32,000 nt of DNA from Candidatus Electrothrix sp. GW3-4 (GTDB taxonomy: Bacteria; Desulfobacterota; Desulfobulbia; Desulfobulbales; Desulfobulbaceae): assembly GCF_037902255.1 (NCBI RefSeq), contig NZ_CP147990.1:4380001-4412000 (forward strand), read 5' to 3'. Of this stretch, positions 9,891-18,337 are shown one piece after another; within the stretch, counting starts at the first letter, position 1; the number at the start of each line of letters is the position of its first letter. The position numbers and the translations under genes were made by a program. The notes below the pieces were generated by a model that had not been told where the DNA came from, made no database searches, and saw nothing but the letters and a program-made list of their open reading frames with translations.

Positions 9891-10595
9891 ATGGATATTA
9901 TAAAAGCAGCAGATCGTCATTTTACCGATTTTGGATGGTTAAAGACCTTTTGGCTTTTCTCGTTCTCTGATTATTATGATCCCAATAACCTGCAACTTGG
10001 CGCGTTGCGGGTTTTTAATGATGATATCGTCGAGCCGGGAACAGGGTTTGGAACCCATCCCCATGAGGAGATGGAGATTATCACCATAGTCTTGCAGGGC
10101 GAGATAACCCATGCAGACAGTATGGGGAATAAGAGCGTCATCAAGGCCGGAGATGTGCAGCGGATGTCCGCAGGGACTGGTCTGACCCACTCAGAGCATA
10201 ATCTTGCCGAGGAAGGAGTCTTTTTTTATCAGATTTGGATCTTGCCGGATACAGCGGGGCTGGAACCAAGCTATGCCCAGAAGAATTATGATGCCAGTCT
10301 GTGGCAGAATACCCTGCTGCCGGTGGCCTCTGGCCAGGGGTTTCCCGGAGTCGTTTCTTTTCACACCGATGCCACCATCTATCGTTGTCAGCTAGGTCCA
10401 GGAAAGGAGGTAGGGCATAACTGCGCTGAAGGGCGTTGCGTGTTTCTCTATCTGACCGAGGGTACACTCTCGGTAAATGGGCAGATAATTTCGGCAAGAG
10501 ATCAAATTCGGGGCAAAAATCCTGAGCAGCTTGCTATCAAGGGAGACGAGCTGGCTGATTTTATCCTGATTGACGTCCCAGCTCTTACTGACTAA
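9891..10595 (+). CDS. yhhW: Pirin-family protein, YhhW-like (quercetin 2,3-dioxygenase type)
   Basis: The start is ATG 9891, behind AAAGGAGAAAG. HFTDFGWLKTFWLFSFSDYYDPNN, GFGTHPHEEMEIITIVLQGEITHADSMGN and SAGTGLTHSEHN closely parallel E. coli YhhW as I recall its sequence. The track's upstream extension to 9741 overlaps the kinase and is unlikely. Confidence 0.88.
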   Translation: MDIIKAADRHFTDFGWLKTFWLFSFSDYYDPNNLQLGALRVFNDDIVEPGTGFGTHPHEEMEIITIVLQGEITHADSMGNKSVIKAGDVQRMSAGTGLTHSEHNLAEEGVFFYQIWILPDTAGLEPSYAQKNYDASLWQNTLLPVASGQGFPGVVSFHTDATIYRCQLGPGKEVGHNCAEGRCVFLYLTEGTLSVNGQIISARDQIRGKNPEQLAIKGDELADFILIDVPALTD

Positions 10596-10652
10596 CGTGA
10601 ACAAGTGAAACAGGAGAAGATAACGTTCAATAATACGAAAAACAGGGGAGAC

Positions 10653-13418
10653 ATGAAAGAAATACCTGAAGAGCAATGGCACCTGTTAGAAAAAGATAAC
10701 GTTCTTTCCCGCCTGGAGAGCAATGAAGAGGAAGGGCTTGATCAGCAGGAGGTGGAACAGCGGCTGCAACGCTTTGGACCCAACGTCCTGACCACCAAGG
10801 CGGGCAAGAGCAATCTCATCCGCTTTCTCCTCCAGTTTCATCAACCCCTGATATATATCCTGATTGTTTCCGGGGTGATTACGGCCCTGCTCCAGGAATG
10901 GGTGGATTCCGGGGTGATCTTCGGAGTGGTGCTGGCTAACGGTATTATCGGCTTTATCCAGGAGTCCAAGGCTGAGAGCAGTCTTGCGGCCCTTGCTCAG
11001 ACTATGGTTGCCGAGGCCACAGTGCTGCGTTCCGGGGCGAAGCAGCGGATTCCTTCAACTGAGCTGGTGCCAGGAGACGTGGTTCTGCTTACGGCAGGAG
11101 ATCGGGTGCCAGCGGATATGCGCCTTCTTCATTGTCGAGACCTCCAAGTGGCAGAATCGGCCCTGACCGGCGAATCCGTCCCGGTGACCAAGAATGTTTC
11201 CCCGCTGCCTGAAGAGACCGATCTGGCAGAACGGAACAACATGGCCTATGCCTCGACTATGGTGACCTATGGACAGGCCAGCGGGATTGTTACGGCAACC
11301 GGGGATCAGACAGAGGTGGGCCGAATTTCCCAGCTGATCTCCACGGCCCAGGACCTGGCCACGCCTCTCACCCGCAAGATTGCCCAGTTCAGTCAGGTGC
11401 TTCTGTACGCCATCCTTGGACTGGCCGCCCTGACCGTGGCGGTGGGCCTGTTGCGCGGTCAGCCGCTGTTCGACCTGTTCATGGCTGCGGTTGCCCTGGC
11501 AGTGGGGGCTATTCCAGAAGGTCTACCAGCAGCAGTCACCATCACCCTGGCTATCGGCGTTTCCCGGATGGCGAAGCGACAGGCCATTATCCGTAAACTG
11601 CCTGCGGTGGAAACTTTGGGCAGCACCACGGTGATCTGTTCGGATAAGACCGGCACCCTGACCGAGAACCAGATGACCGTACAGGCCATCCTTGCCGGAC
11701 AGGAGGAGTACGAGGTCAGTGGGGCCGGTTATGCCCCGTATGGGGAGATTTCCCGCCAGTCTGATCAACAAGATAATCCACAAGCAGGGGCTGATCAAGG
11801 AGCACCACCCCCTTCTGAGCAGGATGCCCCGGTCCTTCATCGCTGTCTCCGGGTAGCAGCCCTATGCAATGACGGTGTCCTCCAGGAAAATGAGGAGGGT
11901 TGGCAGATTCAGGGCGATCCCACAGAGGGAGCTCTGCTCACCGTTGCTGGCAAAGGGGGATATGCGATGCAGGAACTTCGGGACCAGTATCCCCGCCTGG
12001 ACAGCATTCCCTTTGAATCCCAGCACCAGTTCATGGCCACCCTGCATGAGGAACAGGCGGAAGAGGCAGGAGATTCCACCGATGCTACGGAGGGCATAAT
12101 CTGCATCAAAGGAGCAGTGGAGCAGGTGCTGGCTAAATGTGAGCATGCGCTGACTGTTGAGGGAACGATCACTCCCCTGGATCAGGAGAAGATCCATGAA
12201 GAGGTTACGCGACTTGCGGCACGGGGGTTGCGGGTGCTGGCCTTTGCAGAGAAGAAAATAGAGGGTAGAACAGGCATTGCGTCCGGGGATGTGCAGGAAG
12301 GTTTCACCTTCCTCGGGTTGATGGGGATGATTGATCCACCCAGGGCCGAAGCTGTGGCAGCGGTCAAGACCTGTCGTCAGGCAGGGATTCGTATCAAGAT
12401 GATTACGGGTGATCATCCGGCCACCGCAGCAGCCATTGCCGGTCAGATAGGGTTGGCAGACGAGCACAAGGAAGGTGAACAGCCCAAGGTGCTGACAGGC
12501 TCTGAGCTGGAAAAGTTTGACGATCAGGAACTGATTGACGCTGCTGCGGACACGGATGTCTTTGCCCGAGCCACTCCGGAACAGAAGATTCGCCTGGTGC
12601 GTGCCCTCCAGGCCAGGGGCAACGTGGTAGCCATGACCGGTGACGGGGTCAACGATGCCCCGGCCCTGAAGCAGGCCGATATCGGGGTGGCCATGGGCAT
12701 CACCGGTACGGATGTGTCCAAGGAGGCAGCGGACATGGTGCTGACCGATGATAATTTCAGCTCCATTGAGGCGGCGGTGGAAGAGGGGCGGGGTGTGTTT
12801 GACAACCTGACCAAGTTCATTGTCTGGACCCTGCCCACCAATCTCGGGGAAGGACTGGTCATCATGGCAGCCATCTTTTTCGGCCTCACCCTGCCCATCT
12901 TGCCGGTGCAGATCCTCTGGATCAACATGACCACAGCCGGTTTCCTGGGCCTGATGCTGGCCTTTGAGCCCAAGGAGCCTGGCATTATGCTGCGTAAGCC
13001 TCGTGATCCAGACACCCCGATCCTGACCAACGAGCTGATCATCAGGATACTGCTGGTGGGCACGTTGTTATTGATCGGTGCCTTCGGTCTTTTTCAGTGG
13101 GAGCTGGCTGCGGGTGCTTCCCTTGATGCGGCCCGGACCGTTGCGGTCAATGTCTTTATCGTGATGGAGCTGTTTTATCTCTTCAACTGCCGTTCATTGA
13201 CCAAGAGCGTCTTCCAGCTCGGCTTTTTCTCCAATATCTGGGTCTTTGTCGGGGTTTCGGCTATGCTGCTTATCCAGATGGTGTACACCTATGTCCCGGT
13301 GATGCAGCAGCTTTTTCACAGCACGTCCATCGGTATCGGCTCCTGGGCCCGGATTATGCTGGCCGGGGTGATCGGTTTTTTGATTGTTGAGGCGGAGAAG
13401 AAGTTGCGGGCTGGGTGA
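10653..13418 (+). CDS. Type-II P-type cation-transporting ATPase (Ca2+/Mg2+-type; ion not determinable)
   Basis: The motifs are TGES (ALTGESVPV), IPEGLP in TM4, the phosphorylation site [17 protein letters not shown] and [22 protein letters not shown] 10-TM architecture is implied. ATG 10653, behind AGGGGAG, is preferred over the track's GTG 10605. Confidence 0.95.
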   Translation: MKEIPEEQWHLLEKDNVLSRLESNEEEGLDQQEVEQRLQRFGPNVLTTKAGKSNLIRFLLQFHQPLIYILIVSGVITALLQEWVDSGVIFGVVLANGIIGFIQESKAESSLAALAQTMVAEATVLRSGAKQRIPSTELVPGDVVLLTAGDRVPADMRLLHCRDLQVAESALTGESVPVTKNVSPLPEETDLAERNNMAYASTMVTYGQASGIVTATGDQTEVGRISQLISTAQDLATPLTRKIAQFSQVLLYAILGLAALTVAVGLLRGQPLFDLFMAAVALAVGAIPEGLPAAVTITLAIGVSRMAKRQAIIRKLPAVETLGSTTVICSDKTGTLTENQMTVQAILAGQEEYEVSGAGYAPYGEISRQSDQQDNPQAGADQGAPPPSEQDAPVLHRCLRVAALCNDGVLQENEEGWQIQGDPTEGALLTVAGKGGYAMQELRDQYPRLDSIPFESQHQFMATLHEEQAEEAGDSTDATEGIICIKGAVEQVLAKCEHALTVEGTITPLDQEKIHEEVTRLAARGLRVLAFAEKKIEGRTGIASGDVQEGFTFLGLMGMIDPPRAEAVAAVKTCRQAGIRIKMITGDHPATAAAIAGQIGLADEHKEGEQPKVLTGSELEKFDDQELIDAAADTDVFARATPEQKIRLVRALQARGNVVAMTGDGVNDAPALKQADIGVAMGITGTDVSKEAADMVLTDDNFSSIEAAVEEGRGVFDNLTKFIVWTLPTNLGEGLVIMAAIFFGLTLPILPVQILWINMTTAGFLGLMLAFEPKEPGIMLRKPRDPDTPILTNELIIRILLVGTLLLIGAFGLFQWELAAGASLDAARTVAVNVFIVMELFYLFNCRSLTKSVFQLGFFSNIWVFVGVSAMLLIQMVYTYVPVMQQLFHSTSIGIGSWARIMLAGVIGFLIVEAEKKLRAG

Positions 13419-13573
13419 ACGCAGGAGCAAGAGAGGCGCGGGATGAATGATTTTTTGCATGAACTTGGAATGTATTCCTGGAATAAGCAATTATTTTTGG
13501 AGTACACTCCAGTTTTGTTTACTTATGCTCTGCAATTCTGCTTCGATTGCGGGGACAGACTGTTTCGGGAGAG

Positions 13574-13699
13574 CCGACGGGCATGGTGCGCAGTTGTTTT
13601 CGGCGACTGAACAGGGTATCTCCATTGAGCGCGGATGTGTTGGCCGGGGCCATTGTTTTTTTGATTGTGGAGGGGGAGAAGAAGTTGCGGGCTGGGTGA
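13574..13699 (+). pseudogene. Decayed ghost copy of the last ~40 codons of the P-type ATPase gene
   Basis: The 26-nt string ggagaagaagttgcgggctgggtgaa, which includes the stop codon, occurs at 13394-13419 and again at 13675-13700 (offset 281 bp). Upstream of the second copy, QLFSATEQGISIE then (after a frameshift) ADVLAGAIVFLIVEGEKKLRAG* parallels [37 protein letters not shown] of the intact gene. Confidence 0.7.
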
Positions 13700-13959
13700 A
13701 AAGTAATGTGAGGTAATCGATCATAATAAACCGGAGGCGTACTTGGCATGCCTAAAAAGGGAAGAATGGAAATAACTTGCGTATCAACCTGTAACGGGTT
13801 AAAGAAAGATTGAATTTCGTTCAGAAATTTCTGCAAGTTGGCGGAGGCGAATTAATCTATTCGTAAAAAAACAGAAAGGGTTTGTGTAATCTTCTGCTAT
13901 GTGAAAAAGATGTATCGTGCGGTGAACTGATCTAACAACGAAAAACAAAGCGGGTTTGT

Positions 13960-15465
13960 ATGAGGATACTTCTTGATACGAATATCTTGATCCCGTTGGA
14001 GGATTCTTCCAAGGCTCTGCATGATAGTTTCTCAGAGTTTGTTCTTTTGGCACATTCAAATGAACATTGTCTCCTTGTACATCCAAGTTCTCGTGACGAC
14101 ATTCAGCGTGATCGCAATATAACTCGCCGAGAAATCAGTCTATCACGATTTAAAAAATATTCTCTGCTGTCTCCTTCACCAGCTCCACCCACAGAAGTTG
14201 AATTAGCATCATACCACCTCAGGCAGGACAACGAGAATGATCGAGTAGATAACGAAATTCTCTTCTCGATATTCCGTAATGCTGCAAATATATTAGTCAC
14301 TGAGGATAGAAAACTCCATCGGAAAGCGAGCAGGATGGGGTTATCAAACAGAGTTCATTATCTTCAGCAGGCGGTTGCTTTTTTAAGGCGTCTACACGCC
14401 GTTATTCCAATTACACTGCCGAATATTGAGGAAGTTCCTCTTTATCAGCTTGACCTTAATGATTCTTTTTTTGATTCGTTAAGGGAAGATTATGATGGTT
14501 TTAATGAATGGTACGAAAAGAAAGCAAGAGACGGGCGTCGATCTTGGATACACAGAAACCCTCTTGGGAAAATGGGTGCCGTCTGTATATTTCACATCGA
14601 AAATGATCCTATATTGACAGATGACCATCGGAGTATCCCGGGAAAAGTATTGAAATTGTGTACCTTCAAAGTCGGGGGATCTGTACGAGGACGGCGAGTT
14701 GGAGAATTATTTTTAAAAGCAGCTTTCCGGTATGCATTTGAGAATAAAATAGAACATATCTATCTACATACCCGTGCTGAAAAACAGGAGTTTCTTATAG
14801 ATTTTTGCCGAGAATTTGGATTCCGCCATTTTGGCGAGTATAAAAATGATGAGGTATATGTAAAAAAGCATCCTCATGAGCCACCCGTAGATTCCAATAC
14901 AGACCCTGTTGAATATCATAGAAAATTCTTCCCGCATTTTATGGCAGGCAAGGTGATCACCAAATATATTATACCGATCCAACCAAAATATCATAAAATT
15001 CTCTTCCCAGACGGCCAAGTTCAATCACTTCTTCCATTTGGAAATGCGGGAACGGGTCAAGTGGTTGGTAATGCGATACGGCAGGCTTATCTTTGCCATG
15101 CGAGGATTGGCGGAATAACACCTGGAGATATCGTACTGTTCTATAGGTCAAAGGATCAAAAATCTATTACTTCTGTTGGAGTTATAGAGAAGGTTGGTGA
15201 CTATAGTAGCTTTGAAGACATCGTTCAGATCGTATCGAAAAGAACGGTCTACTCTCATAAAGAAATAGGTGAGATGGCGAAGAAGAAAACGAAAGTTATA
15301 CTTTTTCGTCTTGTTCAGCATCTCTCAAATCCTATTTCGATTAAATGGCTTGAGAAAAATGGTCTAGTAAAAGGCCCCATTCAGACTATAAGAAAAATTA
15401 AAGATGAATCATTTGTCGAGATTATTAAAAAAGGAGGGATCACGAATTGCCTTCTTGCCGATTAA
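13960..15465 (+). CDS. Three-domain fusion protein: N-terminal PIN-like nuclease, central GNAT acetyltransferase, C-terminal PUA-like (ASCH/EVE-type) domain
   Basis: A 501-aa ORF in an AT-rich island. The PIN motifs are MRILLDTNILIPLED (D6, E14/D15), VDNEILF (D97) and ILVTEDRKL (D116). GNAT motif A is VRGRRVGELFLKAAFRYA (14683-14712 and following), then HIYLHT and FGFRHFG. The PUA-like motifs are IIPIQPKYHKILF and GDIVLFYRSKDQKSITSVGVIEKV. Domains were called by motif only. Confidence 0.75.
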   Translation: MRILLDTNILIPLEDSSKALHDSFSEFVLLAHSNEHCLLVHPSSRDDIQRDRNITRREISLSRFKKYSLLSPSPAPPTEVELASYHLRQDNENDRVDNEILFSIFRNAANILVTEDRKLHRKASRMGLSNRVHYLQQAVAFLRRLHAVIPITLPNIEEVPLYQLDLNDSFFDSLREDYDGFNEWYEKKARDGRRSWIHRNPLGKMGAVCIFHIENDPILTDDHRSIPGKVLKLCTFKVGGSVRGRRVGELFLKAAFRYAFENKIEHIYLHTRAEKQEFLIDFCREFGFRHFGEYKNDEVYVKKHPHEPPVDSNTDPVEYHRKFFPHFMAGKVITKYIIPIQPKYHKILFPDGQVQSLLPFGNAGTGQVVGNAIRQAYLCHARIGGITPGDIVLFYRSKDQKSITSVGVIEKVGDYSSFEDIVQIVSKRTVYSHKEIGEMAKKKTKVILFRLVQHLSNPISIKWLEKNGLVKGPIQTIRKIKDESFVEIIKKGGITNCLLAD

Positions 15466-16408
15466 ACCACAATTCGCTAGCAAAATAGTAAAAGGTGAAA
15501 AACTTTTTGAGTACCGTAAACGTATATTTAATGAAGATACATCTTGTATTATTATTTATTCGTCATCTCCTGAAAAGAAGATTGTAGGTGTCGCAAAAAT
15601 CAATAAGATATTGGAAGGAGCACCGACCAATATCTGGGAAAAAACAAAAAAACACTCTGGAATAACCAGAAAATTTTTCCGAGAATATTTCCTTGGAGTC
15701 AAAAAGGCCTCTGCGATTGAATTGACAGAAATATATCCCCTGAAGGTTCCCTTGAGTCCTTTTCAAATTCAAGAAGGATTTACTATTCCTCAATCGTTTT
15801 GTTATGTTGACTTGTCTTTTCTGGAGAAAGTTATCTGTTCTGGAAACTGTGTCTTTCCCTCTCTTAACAGCAAGAGTGTGGTCTTAATCGGTGGGATACA
15901 TGGTGTTGGGAAAACGACCATTTGTAAAGAGATCTCAGATCAAGAAAATATTGTCCACTTAGTAGCAAGTGAGCTCATTAAGGGTAAGTTGAACTGTGTC
16001 GCTGGTACAAGTGCTTCTTCTGAAAAAAAAGTTCGTAACATAAAGGACAATCAAGAACTCTTGATATCTGCATTAGATGAAATAACTCTACCTGGTGGTA
16101 GATTTATCCTAGATGGTCATTTTGTTCTTTTTAATAAAAATGCAGAAATTCAGAAGGTACCTCTTACTACCTTTGAAAAAATAGAACCAGATAAGCTTGT
16201 CGTAATAACAGGAGAACCCAAGATCCTTCAGAAAAGATTACACAAACGAGATGGCAAAGTATATCCGGTTGAAAAATTGAAGGAAATGCAGGAGCAGGAA
16301 GTTGAATATGCCTCTATTGTTGCCGAGAGACTTGGTATTCCTTTAAAGTTAATAGGATTCGACGACAAAGTGGCAATTGCCGACTTTATAAACAATAAGT
16401 CAGCTTGA
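15404..16408 (+). CDS. ASCH-domain / P-loop nucleoside(nucleotide)-kinase-like fusion protein
   Basis: The N-terminal ASCH pattern is FLPIKPQFASKIVKGEKLFEYRKR, then CIIIYSSSPEKKIVGVAKINKI. The C-terminal Walker A is GGIHGVGKTT (15890-15916), followed by ILDGHF and a lid-like LQKRLHKRD as in adenylate/AAA_18-type kinases. The start is uncertain. ATG 15404 has no SD and overlaps gene A by 62 nt. A strong AAAAAGGAGGG (15427-15438) lies 8 nt upstream of an in-frame ATT at 15446. Confidence 0.75.
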   Translation: MNHLSRLLKKEGSRIAFLPIKPQFASKIVKGEKLFEYRKRIFNEDTSCIIIYSSSPEKKIVGVAKINKILEGAPTNIWEKTKKHSGITRKFFREYFLGVKKASAIELTEIYPLKVPLSPFQIQEGFTIPQSFCYVDLSFLEKVICSGNCVFPSLNSKSVVLIGGIHGVGKTTICKEISDQENIVHLVASELIKGKLNCVAGTSASSEKKVRNIKDNQELLISALDEITLPGGRFILDGHFVLFNKNAEIQKVPLTTFEKIEPDKLVVITGEPKILQKRLHKRDGKVYPVEKLKEMQEQEVEYASIVAERLGIPLKLIGFDDKVAIADFINNKSA

Positions 16409-16425
16409 GTAAAACGCAAGCTGAC
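16399..16425 (+). terminator. Perfect 9-bp hairpin spanning the stop codon of the ASCH-kinase gene
   Basis: The hairpin is gtcagcttg-agtaaaacg-caagctgac. No T-run follows, so its function as a terminator is doubtful. Confidence 0.3.
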
Positions 16426-16440
16426 AACTCACTGCATCAG

Positions 16441-16607
16441 AAAAATTCCTTTCTGTAACAGGATAATCCCTCGCTGCACCGGGAGAAACTCGTCCTGAGG
16501 CGGCGAAAATCACCCTGAAGCAGGAGAAAGAGGCTTCGGAGCAGGCAGAACTCATCCTGGAGCAGGAAAAAGTCGTTCTGTAGCGGGAAAAAACGGCTCT
16601 GTAGCAC
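16441..16607. repeat. Array of 8 degenerate ~21-bp tandem repeats in an intergenic region
   Basis: The units read in register are: aaaaattcctttctgtaacagg / ataatccctcgctgcaccggg / agaaactcgtcctgaggcggc / gaaaatcaccctgaagcagg / agaaagaggcttcggagcagg / cagaactcatcctggagcagg / aaaaagtcgttctgtagcggg / aaaaaacggctctgtagcac. The approximate consensus is aAAAAnTCnTcCTGnAGCAGG. Confidence 0.8.
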
Positions 16608-16740
16608 TGCAATGCCATTTTCTCCCCCTGCACCCGCGTATCTTCCGGGAATGAGGACAACGCATTTCATACCTGTCTGATTTTGTTGCACGCAATCCGA
16701 CCTACGTAAATGATTTATTTAATAATTTGAATATAATTGT

Positions 16741-18309
16741 ATGATGCACGATACAAAAAACAACCTGTCTCCCAAAAAATCGGCAATCCTTGCTGCCCTG
16801 CTCGCTGTCCCTCTCTTTCTCTCCCCATTACCCGCTATCGCCCAAACCGACAGCAGTCTCAGTGAGTTGGATGCCGTCCTTGAAGGCTTTGAGGAGGAGG
16901 CAACAGAGCAGGCCCCTGCGAATGAGCTGGATTCAGTACTGGATGGCTTTGACGATGAAACTGGTGACCAGTCTGCTGAGCCTTCATCGGATCAGGGACT
17001 TGATGCCGTGCTGGGTGGTTTTGAGGAGGAGGGGCAGACCGAGGTCCAGGCAGAGGCTGAAGGAGACTCCTCCTGGCTGCCGGGCTGGCTGAGTATAGAC
17101 GGCTGGCTCCAGTTTGGCACGACCTATAATATGGCCCATGATGCCCCGGCAGAGGGAGAGACTGATTGGCGGGGCTTTTCCAAGGCCCGTACTGATCTCC
17201 AGCTCGACCTTGAGGCCCGTTTTTCTGATTCCTGGTCGGCAAAGATAGGAGGAAAGGCCTTTTACGATGGGATCTACTCGCTGCAAGGCCGGGAGGAATA
17301 CACCAGCTCTGTCCTGGATGAGTATGAGGATGAAGTGGAATTGCGTGAAGCCTATGTGCAGGGTAAGCTCACGGACAAGCTGGATCTCAAGTTTGGTCGC
17401 CAGATCGTGGTCTGGGGAAAATCAGATAATATCCGGATCACCGATGTGCTCAACCCCCTGGATATGCGCGAGCCCGGCCTGACCGATATTGAAGACCTCC
17501 GTCTCCCCCTGGCCATGACCAAGCTGGATTATTATTTCGGCAACTGGCAACTCTCTGGTATGGCCATCCACGAGATCCGCTTTAACAAGACCCCGGTCTA
17601 TGGTTATGATTTTTACTCCTTTGACGAGCCCATGCCCCCGGCCGACGAACCGGCCAACACCCTGGAAAACAGCGAATGGGCCCTCTCTATGAGGGGGATC
17701 TTTACCGGTTGGGATCTGGACCTCTATTATGCTCGTATATTCAATGATAGTCCTCATCTGGAATATACCCTGGTCGACGACGAGCCCACAGATATACGGC
17801 AAAAGCACGAGCGCTTGCACATGTTTGGCTTTGCCTATAATAAGGCCTTGGGTAACTGGTTGCTGAAGAGTGAAGGGGCCTTGCTGAACCGGGTCCATTA
17901 CACCAATCGACCCGGTAAAGGTTATACCCGTATTGATGGGCTTGTGGGGGTAGAATATTCAGGATTTGCTGAAACCTCCATTGGCCTGGAACTTGCCAAT
18001 CGGCATATCAATAATCACCGCCCCTATTTGGAAGAATCCCCAGACGGTGTGCTCCAGGATATGTATCAACTGGCCTTTCGTTATACCAGGAATTTTCTCA
18101 ACGAGACCCTGAGTCTCAGCCTGCTGGCGATGCTCTATGGTCCTTCCGAGGTTGACGGCGCCTTTGAGCGGCTGTCTCTGGAATACGACCTGACCGATAC
18201 CATCACTCTGCGCGGCGGCGCAGTGCTCTATCAGTCCGGTGATCTCTTGACCATGCAGGAGGTTGGGGAGAATGATCGGCTGTTTGCCGAGCTTCGCTAT
18301 TCTTTTTAA
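16741..18309 (+). CDS. Outer-membrane beta-barrel protein, DUF1302-like
   Basis: The signal peptide ends PAIA|QTD. An acidic repeat region follows. The block LKFGRQIVVWGKSDNIRITDVLNPLDMREPG resembles the DUF1302 signature. Amphipathic strands alternate along the rest, and the C-terminal ...AELRYSF ends in Phe, as is typical of OMPs. Confidence 0.7.
   Translation: MMHDTKNNLSPKKSAILAALLAVPLFLSPLPAIAQTDSSLSELDAVLEGFEEEATEQAPANELDSVLDGFDDETGDQSAEPSSDQGLDAVLGGFEEEGQTEVQAEAEGDSSWLPGWLSIDGWLQFGTTYNMAHDAPAEGETDWRGFSKARTDLQLDLEARFSDSWSAKIGGKAFYDGIYSLQGREEYTSSVLDEYEDEVELREAYVQGKLTDKLDLKFGRQIVVWGKSDNIRITDVLNPLDMREPGLTDIEDLRLPLAMTKLDYYFGNWQLSGMAIHEIRFNKTPVYGYDFYSFDEPMPPADEPANTLENSEWALSMRGIFTGWDLDLYYARIFNDSPHLEYTLVDDEPTDIRQKHERLHMFGFAYNKALGNWLLKSEGALLNRVHYTNRPGKGYTRIDGLVGVEYSGFAETSIGLELANRHINNHRPYLEESPDGVLQDMYQLAFRYTRNFLNETLSLSLLAMLYGPSEVDGAFERLSLEYDLTDTITLRGGAVLYQSGDLLTMQEVGENDRLFAELRYSF
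16864..17031 (+). repeat. Three intragenic copies of an acidic 12-aa motif (ELDAVLEGFEEE / ELDSVLDGFDDE / GLDAVLGGFEEE)
   Basis: Read directly from the translation of residues 42-97 of the 16741..18309 product. The copies are separated by acidic linkers of 8 and 12 aa. Confidence 0.8.
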
Positions 18310-18337
18310 CCCAGACTGATCGTTTGAAGGGGGGAGG

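Noticed and set aside
11459-13063. Several minus-strand ORFs of 76-201 aa inside the P-type ATPase gene (for example 11862..12467 and 12524..13063)
   Set aside because: The ATPase is GC-rich, which suppresses stop codons on the opposite strand. The translations are Arg/Ser/Pro/Cys-rich and show no motifs. The plus-strand gene is unambiguous.
13447-13716. An 89-aa plus-strand ORF downstream of the ATPase
   Set aside because: It runs through the ATPase 3'-end ghost in the wrong frame (…[20 protein letters not shown]). It is better explained as an accidental open frame over decayed sequence.
16441-16607. The 21-bp tandem array as a CRISPR array
   Set aside because: The units are directly adjacent with no unique spacers. 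They are much shorter than CRISPR repeats, degenerate, and unaccompanied by cas genes.
16400-16691. Two overlapping minus-strand ORFs (86 and 84 aa) across the 21-bp repeat array
   Set aside because: Both frames are open only because the repeat unit lacks stop codons. Neither has a credible RBS, and two mutually exclusive frames argue against coding. The array is reported as a repeat instead, with the coding-remnant possibility noted.
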